Below, in pieces: positions 24,894 to 34,919 of a stretch of DNA of 39,387 nt. The position numbers were made by a program, and so were the translations under genes. The notes below the pieces were generated by a model, which did not search any database, was not told the DNA's origin, and saw only the letters and a program-made list of their open reading frames with translations. The stretch is taken from positions 1-39,387 of the IMG/VR virus record IMGVR_UViG_3300045988_050620. One strand, 5' to 3'. Numbering within the stretch: position 1 is the first letter of the stretch; every line of letters starts with the position of its first letter. Source of the stretch: a virus.

Positions 24894-25985
24894 ATGGCAA
24901 ACAAAATTTTAACACCGCAGATTATTGCAAATGAAGCATTGATGGTACTGCAGAGCAACCTTACAATGGCGAATCTTGTACATAGAGATTATTCCGGCGA
25001 GTTTGTAAAGGTTGGGGATACCATCACTGTACGAAAACCGGCTACGTTTGTGGCTAAGAACTTTACGGGACAGACAGAAGCGCAGGACATTACAGAGGGT
25101 TCTGTAACCGTTAAGATGGACCGATTCAGAGATATCACGGTCAATGTTGGGTCTAAAGAAATGACATTAGACATTAAAAACTTCTCTGAGCAGGTGATAA
25201 CACCAGCAATGCAGGCTATGGCACAACAGATTGATGCGGATCTTCTGGCAGTAGGCATTTCTAAGGCTGGAAAGAAAGCAACTGTATCTAAGACACCGGC
25301 CATTACGGATATCGCAGGCGTAGGTAAAGCACTGGATCAGGCAAAAGCCCCACGTACAGACAGACGATTAGTCCTTCCGCCGACTATTCTGTACCAGTAC
25401 AACACACTGGACAATTTTGCAAAACAGTGCTACAAGGGCGATTCTATTGCCTTGAAAGAGTCTGAAATTGGCAAGGTTTACACCTGCGAAACTTTCATGT
25501 CGCAGAACTGCCCGGAAAATCAGAATAATAAGGCAGGAACAGCTACTTCATACAAAGTAGCAGGAACCAAGGATGCCACTCAGTTCACAGTATCTTCTGG
25601 AAAGGCAGAAACCGCAACCATTAACAAGGGAGATCAGCTGATTGTTAACGGATATCTGTATACTGTTACCGACAATGTGACACTTTCCGGTGGTGCTGGA
25701 ACTGTAAAAGTGGATCAGAACATTCCGGAAACTGTAGCTGAAACAGACGCGTTTGTCGTAAGCAAGGCACACGCTCTTGGATTCCACAGAAATGGTCTTG
25801 CACTTGTAACACGTAACCTTGAACTGCCGATGGGCAACAAGAACGCTTACATTGCATCTGCCGATGGCTTGGGTGTTCGTGTTGTATTCGATTACGACTC
25901 TGACCATAAGCAGGACAAAATCTCTTTTGATATCATTTACGGCATCAAGGAACTCAACGAGAACCTGCTTGTTGACTTTTCATAA
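24894..25985 (+). CDS. Major capsid protein
   Basis: GAGGAGG lies 6 nt upstream of ATG 24894. 363 aa, in the position after the scaffold. The part of the ORF upstream of 24894 overlaps the scaffold gene and is not coding. Confidence 0.88.
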   Translation: MANKILTPQIIANEALMVLQSNLTMANLVHRDYSGEFVKVGDTITVRKPATFVAKNFTGQTEAQDITEGSVTVKMDRFRDITVNVGSKEMTLDIKNFSEQVITPAMQAMAQQIDADLLAVGISKAGKKATVSKTPAITDIAGVGKALDQAKAPRTDRRLVLPPTILYQYNTLDNFAKQCYKGDSIALKESEIGKVYTCETFMSQNCPENQNNKAGTATSYKVAGTKDATQFTVSSGKAETATINKGDQLIVNGYLYTVTDNVTLSGGAGTVKVDQNIPETVAETDAFVVSKAHALGFHRNGLALVTRNLELPMGNKNAYIASADGLGVRVVFDYDSDHKQDKISFDIIYGIKELNENLLVDFS

Positions 25986-26001
25986 GGAAAGGGGATTTCT
26001 G

Positions 26002-26409
26002 ATGGGATATACCACATATGACTTCTACAAAGAAAAATACTATGGGGATTCTATCGAGGAATCCCTTTTCCCCAAGTGGGAAAACCGAGCCACCGATAAG
26101 CTAAATCAGCTGACCTACGGGCGTATTGATGCTGCTGCAAAGGAAGAGTTTGACGAGCGCATCCAGAAAGCCACCTGTGCACTGGCAGATCTGCTCTATA
26201 AGATCGACTACAAGACGGCTCATGCGAATGATCCACAGGAGGGCAATGTAAAGTCCATGTCTTCGGGCGGTCAGTCGATCAGCTTTGGGACAAATGAAAC
26301 TTTGGTGGATAAGGTGCTGAATGACAAGGTGGCACAAAACCGGTTGTGTTACGACACGGTATGCGAATACCTGTCCGGCACCGGATTGCTTTATGCGGGG
26401 GTGGAATGA
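26002..26409 (+). CDS. Head-tail connector (gp6-like) protein
   Basis: The N-terminal YTTYDFYKEKYYGDSI is typical of phage head-tail connector proteins. 135 aa. Confidence 0.75.
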   Translation: MGYTTYDFYKEKYYGDSIEESLFPKWENRATDKLNQLTYGRIDAAAKEEFDERIQKATCALADLLYKIDYKTAHANDPQEGNVKSMSSGGQSISFGTNETLVDKVLNDKVAQNRLCYDTVCEYLSGTGLLYAGVE

Positions 26410-26543
26410 TGCTTTTAAAGAGATTATTTTGCAAGCACAAAATGATGCCGTATGCGTACATGGACGTTCGCACCCACGGCAACCATTACGTCCGGAAACA
26501 TATCTGGAAATGTACGAAATGCGGGAAGGAGAGTTGCCACTGA
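26406..26543 (+). CDS. Possible 45-aa Cys/His-containing protein
   Basis: ATGA overlap at the start and TGATG overlap at the stop suggest translational coupling on both sides. Confidence 0.45.
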   Translation: MMLLKRLFCKHKMMPYAYMDVRTHGNHYVRKHIWKCTKCGKESCH

Positions 26544-26974
26544 TGGGGCTTGGATTGTTTTACAACGACAAAGTTACGCTGTTTAACTACTTCTGTGATC
26601 CGGACACCGAGGAAGAAAAGTGCTATTTGACCTTATTGGAGAATGTGAACCTTGTGGAAACCAAGGGCGCGAATGTAACCAAGAGCGGCATGGATAGCGC
26701 GGATGCAGTAAAGCTTTTTGTTGACTTGGGGAAGATACCTAAACCATACATGGAGCCGAAAGCGTGGGATGCTCTTCCGGACGATGAAAAGCCAAACTAT
26801 ATCACGTTCCACCCGACAGATGATTTTTTCATCAAGGGCGATCATATGGACTTGGAGATTCCTGATTCCGGCATTTACGAATGGGCGCACGACAATCTGG
26901 ATTCTGTATACAAGGTGACAACAGTTGATAAATATGAGGATGTGATGCCGCATTTTGAGGTTGGAGGTGCGTGA
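26543..26974 (+). CDS. Head-tail joining / head closure protein (putative)
   Basis: GAAGGAGAG RBS. 143 aa, in the connector block. Confidence 0.65.
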   Translation: MGLGLFYNDKVTLFNYFCDPDTEEEKCYLTLLENVNLVETKGANVTKSGMDSADAVKLFVDLGKIPKPYMEPKAWDALPDDEKPNYITFHPTDDFFIKGDHMDLEIPDSGIYEWAHDNLDSVYKVTTVDKYEDVMPHFEVGGA

Positions 26975-27429
26975 TGGGAGAAGTAGAAAAACTTACCATA
27001 AAAGACGCGGAAAGTGCGCAGAATGCGGTGCTGGATCTGATTTTGCAGTATCCGAACTTTCCCAAGACGTTTAAGGCAAGCAATAAAAACGTGAAGTGGA
27101 ACAGTATCAGTGTTGATACTTCCATCGGAATTTACCCACTGTCCGGTGCGCGGTACATAAAGAAATATGTGAGTGGCAGCTATACAGCACAGATGCCATT
27201 TCAGATCGTATACCGCAGTTCCCCGACAAGCAACAAAACATCCATTGAGGCACAGATGGTTCTGGAGAATTTGAGCAAATGGCTGGAAGATACCGGGATT
27301 GAATTTGCTGATCCACACATGACATTACAGGAAATCGCACGTACATCTGTAGTCTTGCCAATTATGCAGGATGAAAAACAGATGGGATATGGCGTAAATA
27401 TGCAACTTGTATATTTTTACAAAAAATAA
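26974..27429 (+). CDS. Tail completion / minor structural protein (putative)
   Basis: GGAGGTG lies 5 nt upstream of the ATG. 151 aa, immediately before the major tail gene. Confidence 0.7.
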   Translation: MGEVEKLTIKDAESAQNAVLDLILQYPNFPKTFKASNKNVKWNSISVDTSIGIYPLSGARYIKKYVSGSYTAQMPFQIVYRSSPTSNKTSIEAQMVLENLSKWLEDTGIEFADPHMTLQEIARTSVVLPIMQDEKQMGYGVNMQLVYFYKK

Positions 27430-27444
27430 CAGGAGGAAATACAC

Positions 27445-27960
27445 ATGGCATTAGATCGTACCAACATGGTGTCCTTATTGGACATCGGAGCACTTACTGG
27501 CTCTACAGAGAAACTTGCCGAGATGGGCGATGGCTATACGGAACTGACAGAGGACTGGGGACCAAACACCGAATCTAAGCAGTACGTAAACATGAAGAAT
27601 GCGTCCAATACAGTAAAGGGATATGCGTTTTCTATGACACCATCCCGCGAATATCTGTCTGATGATATGCAGACCGCAATTGACACGATGTTCAAGACAT
27701 TCCCGACGGGGGATAAATGTAATACATATTATTACAGATATTACAAGACTGACATTAAATCCGGCACAGGTGATTGCATTCGCCTTCCGGTTACAGTTTG
27801 CCCATCAAGTACTGGTGGATCAGGTGGAGATACCCTTACATCATCTATCCAGATTAATGGTAATGGAGAAGTGGAACAGGGAACAATCACAATCGGTGCT
27901 GGCGGCACATTTACCTGGAAGAAAAAGGAAGATGCTGCGAGTGCAGGATCAAAGGAATAG
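27445..27960 (+). CDS. Major tail protein
   Basis: AGGAGGAAA RBS. 171 aa. Position before the chaperones and tape measure. No sheath gene is present. Confidence 0.8.
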   Translation: MALDRTNMVSLLDIGALTGSTEKLAEMGDGYTELTEDWGPNTESKQYVNMKNASNTVKGYAFSMTPSREYLSDDMQTAIDTMFKTFPTGDKCNTYYYRYYKTDIKSGTGDCIRLPVTVCPSSTGGSGGDTLTSSIQINGNGEVEQGTITIGAGGTFTWKKKEDAASAGSKE

Positions 27961-28035
27961 GTGTTAATCAACAATTAGCATATCCGGGGCACGTACCTCT
28001 CTTTCGCGCCCCGGATTAAGAGAGGATGGTAATTT

Positions 28036-28608
28036 ATGGCAGATATTAAAAATATTTCTTTTGATAATGGAATTAAGAAAATCGAAGTGAATGACGTGGA
28101 CGGGAACCATATCACAACACTTTTAATCAATACGGCGGATGCTGCCACGGTAAAGAGATTTGTGAAGCTGGCCAATAATCTGGAAGATGTAGTCAATTCC
28201 GGCGAGGATAAGATTGCAGTCTACAAAGAAAAATACAAAGAATACGAACATAAAGAGTTTGATGATCTTCCGGACGATGTGAAAACGAATATTATCGTGG
28301 ATGCATCGGACATGCACATTGGTATCCTGGAAGGAATGATTCGGGAAATTGATGCACTGTTTGGAAAAGATACCATTAAAAATGTTTTCCATGAGTGCTA
28401 TGAACTGAATGAGAATTTCGTGCCGGATGAAGATGCTCTGGTAGATTTCGTGAACACTGTAATGCCGGTGATGAACGAATTATTTAAGACGAGAACAGAA
28501 GCAATCCACAGGAAGTATTCTCCGAACCGTAAAGCACGGAGAAACAGACACAACAAGGGCAAAAACCAGTTAATTCAGGAACATAAGGACGCAAAGAAGA
28601 ATGAATAA
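28036..28608 (+). CDS. Tail assembly chaperone (gpG-position)
   Basis: Position between the major tail and tape measure genes. Acidic body with a basic tail. Confidence 0.7.
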   Translation: MADIKNISFDNGIKKIEVNDVDGNHITTLLINTADAATVKRFVKLANNLEDVVNSGEDKIAVYKEKYKEYEHKEFDDLPDDVKTNIIVDASDMHIGILEGMIREIDALFGKDTIKNVFHECYELNENFVPDEDALVDFVNTVMPVMNELFKTRTEAIHRKYSPNRKARRNRHNKGKNQLIQEHKDAKKNE

Positions 28609-29218
28609 TGTTTTTCTCGATGATCTGCCGGAAGAGTGGCACGGGTACAAAGTGAATACAGATTTTACGATTGGCATCCAGATGCTGCAGGCGAAATATG
28701 ATCGCGCACTGACGGATTACGAGAAAAGCGATATGTTCGTGTGGCTCATGTTTGCTGATGAAGATGAGAACGGGGAAGAGTATCTGCGTGAACATCCTCA
28801 GGGCGAGGCGCTTGGCGAATGTGTAGAGTGGTTCCTCTCCGGTTGGTTTCACGACAATCCGGATCCGGACGGCGATAAGACGCGCGTGGTTGATTATGAT
28901 ATCGATCAGTGGCGCATCTATGCTGATTTCCGGCAGATCTACGGTATAGATCTTGCCACCACGGATATGCACTGGTGGATGTTCTGCGGTCTGCTTTGGA
29001 ATATGCCGTACAAGCTATCCAGTTTTTTGCAGGTGGTGTCAAAGCGGCAGGAGAAGCCGGTGAGCGGTTCGACACCGGAATATCGCAAGGCATTGGCAAA
29101 GGCACAGAAGATATATGCTCTGGATCAGCTGGAGCAGAAGAAAGAATACACAGAGGACGAGAAGAATGCCATCGATGAATATGACCGAATGATGGCAGAA
29201 ATACGCGGCAGAAAGTAG
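28601..29218 (+). CDS. Gp15-like tail assembly protein (gpT-position)
   Basis: DIDQWRIYADFRQIYGIDL...MHWWMFCGLL resembles the phage Gp15 family. ATGAATAA overlap with the upstream gene. Confidence 0.75.
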   Translation: MNNVFLDDLPEEWHGYKVNTDFTIGIQMLQAKYDRALTDYEKSDMFVWLMFADEDENGEEYLREHPQGEALGECVEWFLSGWFHDNPDPDGDKTRVVDYDIDQWRIYADFRQIYGIDLATTDMHWWMFCGLLWNMPYKLSSFLQVVSKRQEKPVSGSTPEYRKALAKAQKIYALDQLEQKKEYTEDEKNAIDEYDRMMAEIRGRK

Positions 29219-29226
29219 GTGAGCGG

Positions 29227-32200
29227 GTGGCAGATTATGATGGCAGCATAAGAATAAACACACAAATTGATACGAAAAACGCATCCAGCCAGATGCTACG
29301 TTTGGAGAACCAAATTTCCAAAACTGCCAAGAAAGCGGCAGATCTTACCGAAAAAATGCGGCAGATGGAAAGTCAGAAGATTCCCACAGAGGAATATAAG
29401 AATATTACAGATGCGTTACATAGATCCACAGCTGAATTTGACAAGTTATTACAGCGGCAGCAGGAAATGATTGCGCGTGGAAAAACATCTGGTGCAGCGT
29501 GGGATTCGCTTGATCGTAAAATCGAAGAGGTTGGCGCCGATATTCGAGCCGCTGAAAAATACCAGTCAAAAATGGCAAAAGAAGGTACTGCATATCTGGA
29601 TAAAGGGGCTATCCGTGCAACTGACGAATATAAAAAGTTGTCCTCTCAGCTTAAAGATACTAATGAACAAATGCAAGTTCTTGCGCGCCGACACGAAGAA
29701 TTGGCCGCGAAAGAGAATAAGGTTTCCGGCAGCGCCAAGAGTGCAGGAAAGAGCACAGGGAGCTGGCTTGACAATTTTTCAGGGAAAACCAGAAAAGCAA
29801 GCGGTTTGGTAAGTGCCTTCGCGTCCAGAATTAGAGGAATTGCGCTTTCCTTGTTTGTATTTAACTGGATAACGCAAGGCTGGAATGCAATGATTTCTGC
29901 CGTAAAAGACGGTACCCAGAATATGGCAAGGTATTCCAGTGATGTGAATGCAAAAATGTCGGCTCTTGTTAGTGCGGTAGCAACTCTCAAAAATGCATTC
30001 GGGGCATTAGCCGCTCCGATTATAAGTGCAGTCGGGCCGGCGCTTACCTACCTTATAAATATGCTTACAGCCGCAATCAATAAGGTAAACCAGTTTATAT
30101 CAGCACTGACAGGAAAAAAGACTTGGACGAAAGCCACTACCCAAACGAAGAATTATGCAGCTGGACTTGATGCGGCCGCCTCGAAAGCAGATAAGGCTAC
30201 GAAGGCGGCGAAAAAATTAAAAGGGCAGCTACAATCGTTTAATGAGCTGAATGTAATAGATTCCAATAAAGATTCCGGCTCTGGCGGCTCCGGTGGTTCT
30301 GGTGGCTCCGGTGGCGGTGGTGGAGTAGGCGATCTGTATGAAGAGGTACCAATTGACCAGAATATTGCTGATCTTGCGGACAAAATCAGAGAAGCAATTA
30401 AATCCGGAGATTGGGAAGGCCTTGGAAAGACTATAAGGCAGGAAATCACAGATACCATAGGGAAAATCCCGTGGGATGAAATATATAAGAAAGCTGAAAA
30501 TTTCGGAACTGGTTTTGCAAGTTTCTTGAACGGCCTGTTTTCCGAGGACAAAAAAGGAAACAGCGTATTTACAGCCACAGCAGATGTTATAGCCGGAGCA
30601 CTGAATACAGCTATTTTTGCATCACTTGGATTTACAAATAAATTTGATTTCAAGACATTCGGAAATAATGTGGCGCATGGATTCAATGAATTTTTCCGGA
30701 AATTTAAGTGGAAGCATTGTGCAGAAGCAATAAACGGATGGGTTGATGGATTCTGGAATTTTGTGATTGGGTTTTTTAGTGGGTTAAGTTGGGAGGATGT
30801 TTTCAATGGCTTAAAAACATTCCTTACATCGTTATCACCAGAGACATTAGCAACTATAATTGGATTTTGGTCATTAAAGCATGCCGGAAATATTCTTTAT
30901 AAAGTGTTAAAATCCAGTTTTACAGACAACCTAGACACCAAACTTGGTGGTGCAATAAGAAAAAAATTATCAAAAATATCACTCGGAAATGGAATTGCCG
31001 GCACTCTTGCAACAGGTTTTTTGATAGCTGCAACAGTTTATGTAACAACTAAATTTTCGGATGATTACAAAGAGTGGAAAAACAATATTGATAAATATGG
31101 GTTTGATGCTGGGCGTAAAAAAACAGCGAGAGACAATAAGGCAAATCCATATAATAATGGAAATGCTGTAACAGATAAAGAAATAAGAGATTATGAAGAA
31201 CGCGCACGAAAACGCGCATTGAACAATTCCGCTAATCCTTATAATGCTAACAGTAGATATTCTAAGTCCAAGAATAAAATTTTAAATCCTGTTGAAGCCA
31301 ATCCTTATAATTCTAACGGTAAAAAGGTAAAGCAAACTGTTGAAATTGAGGCAAAAATTAAAACAAAGGTATCTGATCTTTGGAATGGGATAAAGAAAAA
31401 ATGGGATTCTACCAAAGATAAAGCAGTTGAATTTAAAGCCAATGTGAAGAATGACGCAAAAAACTGGTGGGATGATACAAAAAAATGGTGGGGACAGAAA
31501 GCAGATAAGGTAAAGGAGTTTTCTACAAATGTAAAAAATGATTCGGCAACATGGTGGAAAAACACCAAGATGTGGTGGGGGAAAAAAGTAGGAAAGGTAA
31601 AAGAGTTTTACACGGACGTAAAGAATGAATCGGCAACATGGTGGAAAAACGTAAAAAATTGGTGGTCAAGTACAACTGCCGGGAAAGAAGTGCGAAAATT
31701 TGAAGCAAATGTGAAAAAGTCTGGTGGAACCTGGTGGAAAGATGTAAAAGACGCATGGAATGCTTCTACTGCTGGTAAAACCCTTAAAATTGGGATTTCT
31801 TTTGCAAAAGATGCTATTAAGAGCCTATGGAACAATGTAAGTAACTTTTTCTCTGGGAAAACAGTTAATGTCAAAACGAAAGCAGCAGCCAAGAAAGCTG
31901 GCGGTGGAATCTATACCGGTGGTATGTGGCATAACATAGCACATTATGCAGTAGGAACCGAGAACGCACCAGCAGGACAGCTTTTTATCGCGCGTGAAGC
32001 AGGACCGGAGCTTGTCGGAACAATTGCAGGACATACGTCCGTTATGAACAATGACCAGATTGTGGCATCTGTATCGGATGGAGTTGCGCGTGCGGTACGA
32101 TCCGTAATGGCAACCGGAAACCAGAATGTAAATGTTGTGTTTAAAGTGGAAGGAGATCCGAATGGAATCTTCCACGTAACACAGCAGAAAGCAAATGAAT

Positions 32201-32238
32201 ACTACCGGGCAACCGGAAACCCAGCATTTTTATTTTAG
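29227..32238 (+). CDS. Tape measure protein
   Basis: 1003 aa with coiled-coil, hydrophobic segments, a Gly/Ser run and Trp-rich tandem repeats. The position is canonical. Confidence 0.92.
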   Translation: MADYDGSIRINTQIDTKNASSQMLRLENQISKTAKKAADLTEKMRQMESQKIPTEEYKNITDALHRSTAEFDKLLQRQQEMIARGKTSGAAWDSLDRKIEEVGADIRAAEKYQSKMAKEGTAYLDKGAIRATDEYKKLSSQLKDTNEQMQVLARRHEELAAKENKVSGSAKSAGKSTGSWLDNFSGKTRKASGLVSAFASRIRGIALSLFVFNWITQGWNAMISAVKDGTQNMARYSSDVNAKMSALVSAVATLKNAFGALAAPIISAVGPALTYLINMLTAAINKVNQFISALTGKKTWTKATTQTKNYAAGLDAAASKADKATKAAKKLKGQLQSFNELNVIDSNKDSGSGGSGGSGGSGGGGGVGDLYEEVPIDQNIADLADKIREAIKSGDWEGLGKTIRQEITDTIGKIPWDEIYKKAENFGTGFASFLNGLFSEDKKGNSVFTATADVIAGALNTAIFASLGFTNKFDFKTFGNNVAHGFNEFFRKFKWKHCAEAINGWVDGFWNFVIGFFSGLSWEDVFNGLKTFLTSLSPETLATIIGFWSLKHAGNILYKVLKSSFTDNLDTKLGGAIRKKLSKISLGNGIAGTLATGFLIAATVYVTTKFSDDYKEWKNNIDKYGFDAGRKKTARDNKANPYNNGNAVTDKEIRDYEERARKRALNNSANPYNANSRYSKSKNKILNPVEANPYNSNGKKVKQTVEIEAKIKTKVSDLWNGIKKKWDSTKDKAVEFKANVKNDAKNWWDDTKKWWGQKADKVKEFSTNVKNDSATWWKNTKMWWGKKVGKVKEFYTDVKNESATWWKNVKNWWSSTTAGKEVRKFEANVKKSGGTWWKDVKDAWNASTAGKTLKIGISFAKDAIKSLWNNVSNFFSGKTVNVKTKAAAKKAGGGIYTGGMWHNIAHYAVGTENAPAGQLFIAREAGPELVGTIAGHTSVMNNDQIVASVSDGVARAVRSVMATGNQNVNVVFKVEGDPNGIFHVTQQKANEYYRATGNPAFLF
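31429..31780 (+). repeat. Four tandem coding repeats of about 29 aa (..KEFxxNVKNDxxxWWKNxKxWW..) inside the tape measure
   Basis: The repeats are visible in the protein: NVKNDAKNWWDDTKKWWGQK / NVKNDSATWWKNTKMWWGKK / DVKNESATWWKNVKNWWSST / NVKKSGGTWWKDVKDAWNAS. Confidence 0.7.
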
Positions 32239-32250
32239 GAGGTGGATTGA

Positions 32251-32670
32251 ATGGGATACGGCGGTTATTTAATCAAAGTCGGAAATTACACAGTTCCATT
32301 TGACTGTATACTGGCCAGCACATTTCAGTCCCACTTACTGGGGCAGGACAAAGATTCGTACAACGATGACAATGGGAAGTTACACAGGACAGCATTAAAG
32401 AACCAGGTGCTTAAGGCAGAGTGGCAGACTCCGGCCATGAACGAAAAGAAGTTTAATGCATTTATGAGTAACATAAATAAACAATATGTGGAGCAACGGC
32501 GCGAAAAGAAATGTCTTGTGACAGCATGGTGTCCGGAACTGGTGCGGTATGTGACTATGCATTGCTATGTTCCGGATATTACTCCGATAGTAGCATATGC
32601 AGATGAAAAAACGATTGAATATGACGGCTGGAGAATTGCTTTTATCGGATATGGCGGTGAGATTTTATGA
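32251..32670 (+). CDS. Distal tail protein-position gene (small Dit-like, putative)
   Basis: GGAGGTGG RBS. 139 aa, directly after the tape measure gene. Confidence 0.6.
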   Translation: MGYGGYLIKVGNYTVPFDCILASTFQSHLLGQDKDSYNDDNGKLHRTALKNQVLKAEWQTPAMNEKKFNAFMSNINKQYVEQRREKKCLVTAWCPELVRYVTMHCYVPDITPIVAYADEKTIEYDGWRIAFIGYGGEIL

Positions 32671-34919
32671 TAGGTAGCAAAAACAAGAAACTTTATTATG
32701 AAAGCTCGATTGATAAGCAACTTAATATAGAAGTAATCGGAACGAAACATGTGATTGACAACTCCATGAGAGAACAGGACACATTCACGCTGACCGAGAC
32801 TCTGAATGACGGTACGGAACTGAAATTTGGCTCATGCCTGCCGAATCAGATTTCTTTTACCGGACGCGAGGTACCAATTGCCACAAAAGGCATGAAGCTA
32901 CGTGTGACGGAAACTCTGGAAGGAAATGAGGACGATCCGTTTGAATATGGTACATATACGGTACAGTCTGATACCCCGACAGCAGACCGGACGAAGCGCC
33001 AGATTGTTGCCTATGATGCCATGTATGACATAATCAATGCTGATGTAAAAAGCTGGTATGACGGTTTATCTTTTCCAATGACTTTGAAAGCATTTCGTGA
33101 CAGCTTTTTCGCACACCTTGGAATTGAGCAGAAAGAGACAAACCTTGTAAATGATTCCATGACAATAAACAAAACGCTGGTAACTACACAGTCCGATGAT
33201 TCCAGCGTAACGGCAGAAGCTACGATAAGCGGCAAGACAATAATTGAAGCGATTTGTGAGATCAACGGGGCATTTGGAAATATCGGGAGAGACGGTAGAT
33301 TTGAGTATGTGATTTTAAGGGCGATTACATCTGCACTGTATCCGGCAGAAGATCTGTACCCGCGTGATGATCTCTTTCCTTCGGATGCGAACACCGAAAG
33401 CATGAACGGGCACTATATCACATTTGACTATGAAGCGTTCCAGAGCCAAGCAATAACACAGTTGGAGATCCGGGCAGATGATTCTACTGCCGGGGCTATT
33501 GTGGGAACATCTGGAAACAATTATGTTATTTCCGGCAACTTCCTTATAAGCGACAAGACCGGGGCTGAAATGAAGCAGATTGCGAATAATCTGCTGCCGG
33601 TAATTGCACAGGCAGAATACACACCGATTAAAAGTTGTACATGCGTTGGTAATCCGTGCCTAGAGTTGGGAGATCCGATTCGTTTCAACACTTCCAGGGA
33701 GATTGTAGAAACATACATCTTACAGCGCACCCTTACAGGAGTGCAAAGCAAACGCGATTCCATTGTTTCAGCAGGAACAGAAACCCACGCCATGAAAAAT
33801 CCAACTACACGGGAGACGGTGGAAGCATTAAAAAGACGTACCCATATTTTGGAGGAAAATGCAGACCATCTTCAATCCACGTATGAGGATTTAGAAAAAA
33901 ATACCTCTACGAGATTCGAACAGACGGATGAACTGATTGCTACAGAGGCAAAGCGTGCTACAGATGCAGAGGGCGAATTGGAGTCTTCGTTTAAAGAAGC
34001 CGCCGATTCTATCCAGATGGAAGTGAGCAGAAAGGTCGGAGAAGATGAAATCCGAAGCAAATTCGCCATGAGCCCCGAGAATGTGGATATCGAATCCGGA
34101 CAAGTAAACTTTAAGTCAAACACGCTAACCATTGATTCCACCAATTTTCAGCTTGATGAATATGGAAAAGCGACAATTGTGGATTCGCTGAATTTTAATT
34201 CAACGGCGCTTGGTGATGATATTGCAATTATCGGGCTTGACGGAAAAGGTAGACCTATGTTGCAAAACATATTCATTGACCTAGACACTGTAACGGATTC
34301 AAACTCGGAATCCTTGGCAACCGAAAGTTATGTTGACGATTCGCTGAGTGACTACGCAACCAAAAGCGAATTGCCAAGTGGGTATTTTACAGACGTAGAC
34401 TATACACTTAATGATAAATCTACAACCAAGTATTCGCCTAGACACTTTAATAAAGTGGCTGATTTTGGTTCAAGGGAAAGTATCTTGGATATCGAGGGTC
34501 TTTTGATTTCTATTCCGAGTTCCGATAAAAGGCTGAAAAATAATATACAATCATTAAGGGATATTAAAAGCGTTTATATGGCAATGCGCCCAGTTGAGTA
34601 TACATGGAAATCCGGATACATCACGCAGCACACAGGCTTACAGTTTGGTTTAATTGCGCAGGATTTAGAGAAGATTTTGCAGGATGCCGGATTGTCCGAT
34701 AGCGGACTTGTACTAAAAGAAGATGCCGAAGAGGATGAAAAAGCAATTCACGGAGATTCAAAGACATGGAAAATTGACAAGGAAAATCTCCATGCAATGC
34801 ACATACAGATGATCCAGATGCAGCAGAAAGAAATCGAACTTTTGCAGCAGAAAAACGAAGATCTGGAACGCAGATTATCAGCGCTAGAAAGGAGTGTGAA
34901 CCATGCAGAAAATTTATAG
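32667..34919 (+). CDS. Tail-associated (Tal-like) structural protein with a C-terminal S74 intramolecular chaperone domain
   Basis: 750 aa. The C-terminal SDKRLKNNIQSL...YTWK...GLIAQDLEKI...coiled coil is the auto-cleaving chaperone signature (about 34500..34919). Confidence 0.85.
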   Translation: MIGSKNKKLYYESSIDKQLNIEVIGTKHVIDNSMREQDTFTLTETLNDGTELKFGSCLPNQISFTGREVPIATKGMKLRVTETLEGNEDDPFEYGTYTVQSDTPTADRTKRQIVAYDAMYDIINADVKSWYDGLSFPMTLKAFRDSFFAHLGIEQKETNLVNDSMTINKTLVTTQSDDSSVTAEATISGKTIIEAICEINGAFGNIGRDGRFEYVILRAITSALYPAEDLYPRDDLFPSDANTESMNGHYITFDYEAFQSQAITQLEIRADDSTAGAIVGTSGNNYVISGNFLISDKTGAEMKQIANNLLPVIAQAEYTPIKSCTCVGNPCLELGDPIRFNTSREIVETYILQRTLTGVQSKRDSIVSAGTETHAMKNPTTRETVEALKRRTHILEENADHLQSTYEDLEKNTSTRFEQTDELIATEAKRATDAEGELESSFKEAADSIQMEVSRKVGEDEIRSKFAMSPENVDIESGQVNFKSNTLTIDSTNFQLDEYGKATIVDSLNFNSTALGDDIAIIGLDGKGRPMLQNIFIDLDTVTDSNSESLATESYVDDSLSDYATKSELPSGYFTDVDYTLNDKSTTKYSPRHFNKVADFGSRESILDIEGLLISIPSSDKRLKNNIQSLRDIKSVYMAMRPVEYTWKSGYITQHTGLQFGLIAQDLEKILQDAGLSDSGLVLKEDAEEDEKAIHGDSKTWKIDKENLHAMHIQMIQMQQKEIELLQQKNEDLERRLSALERSVNHAENL

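Noticed and set aside
27983-28025. Full H-type pseudoknot formed by both 8-bp stems at once.
   Set aside because: Only 2 nt (28016..28017) would have to span an 8-bp stem, which is sterically implausible. It is reported instead as alternative hairpins.
28036-29218. Programmed -1 frameshift joining the two tail chaperone ORFs (the gpG/gpGT paradigm).
   Set aside because: The second ORF has its own ATG overlapping the first stop (ATGAATAA). I found no X XXY YYZ slippery heptamer near the end of the first ORF. A fusion cannot be excluded, but nothing in the sequence supports it.
30153-30806. 217-aa minus-strand ORF with a striking PPPPEPPEPPEPPEPE repeat.
   Set aside because: The repeat is just the reverse-complement reading of the GGS/GSG-coding run in the tape measure gene. 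It lies wholly inside that CDS.
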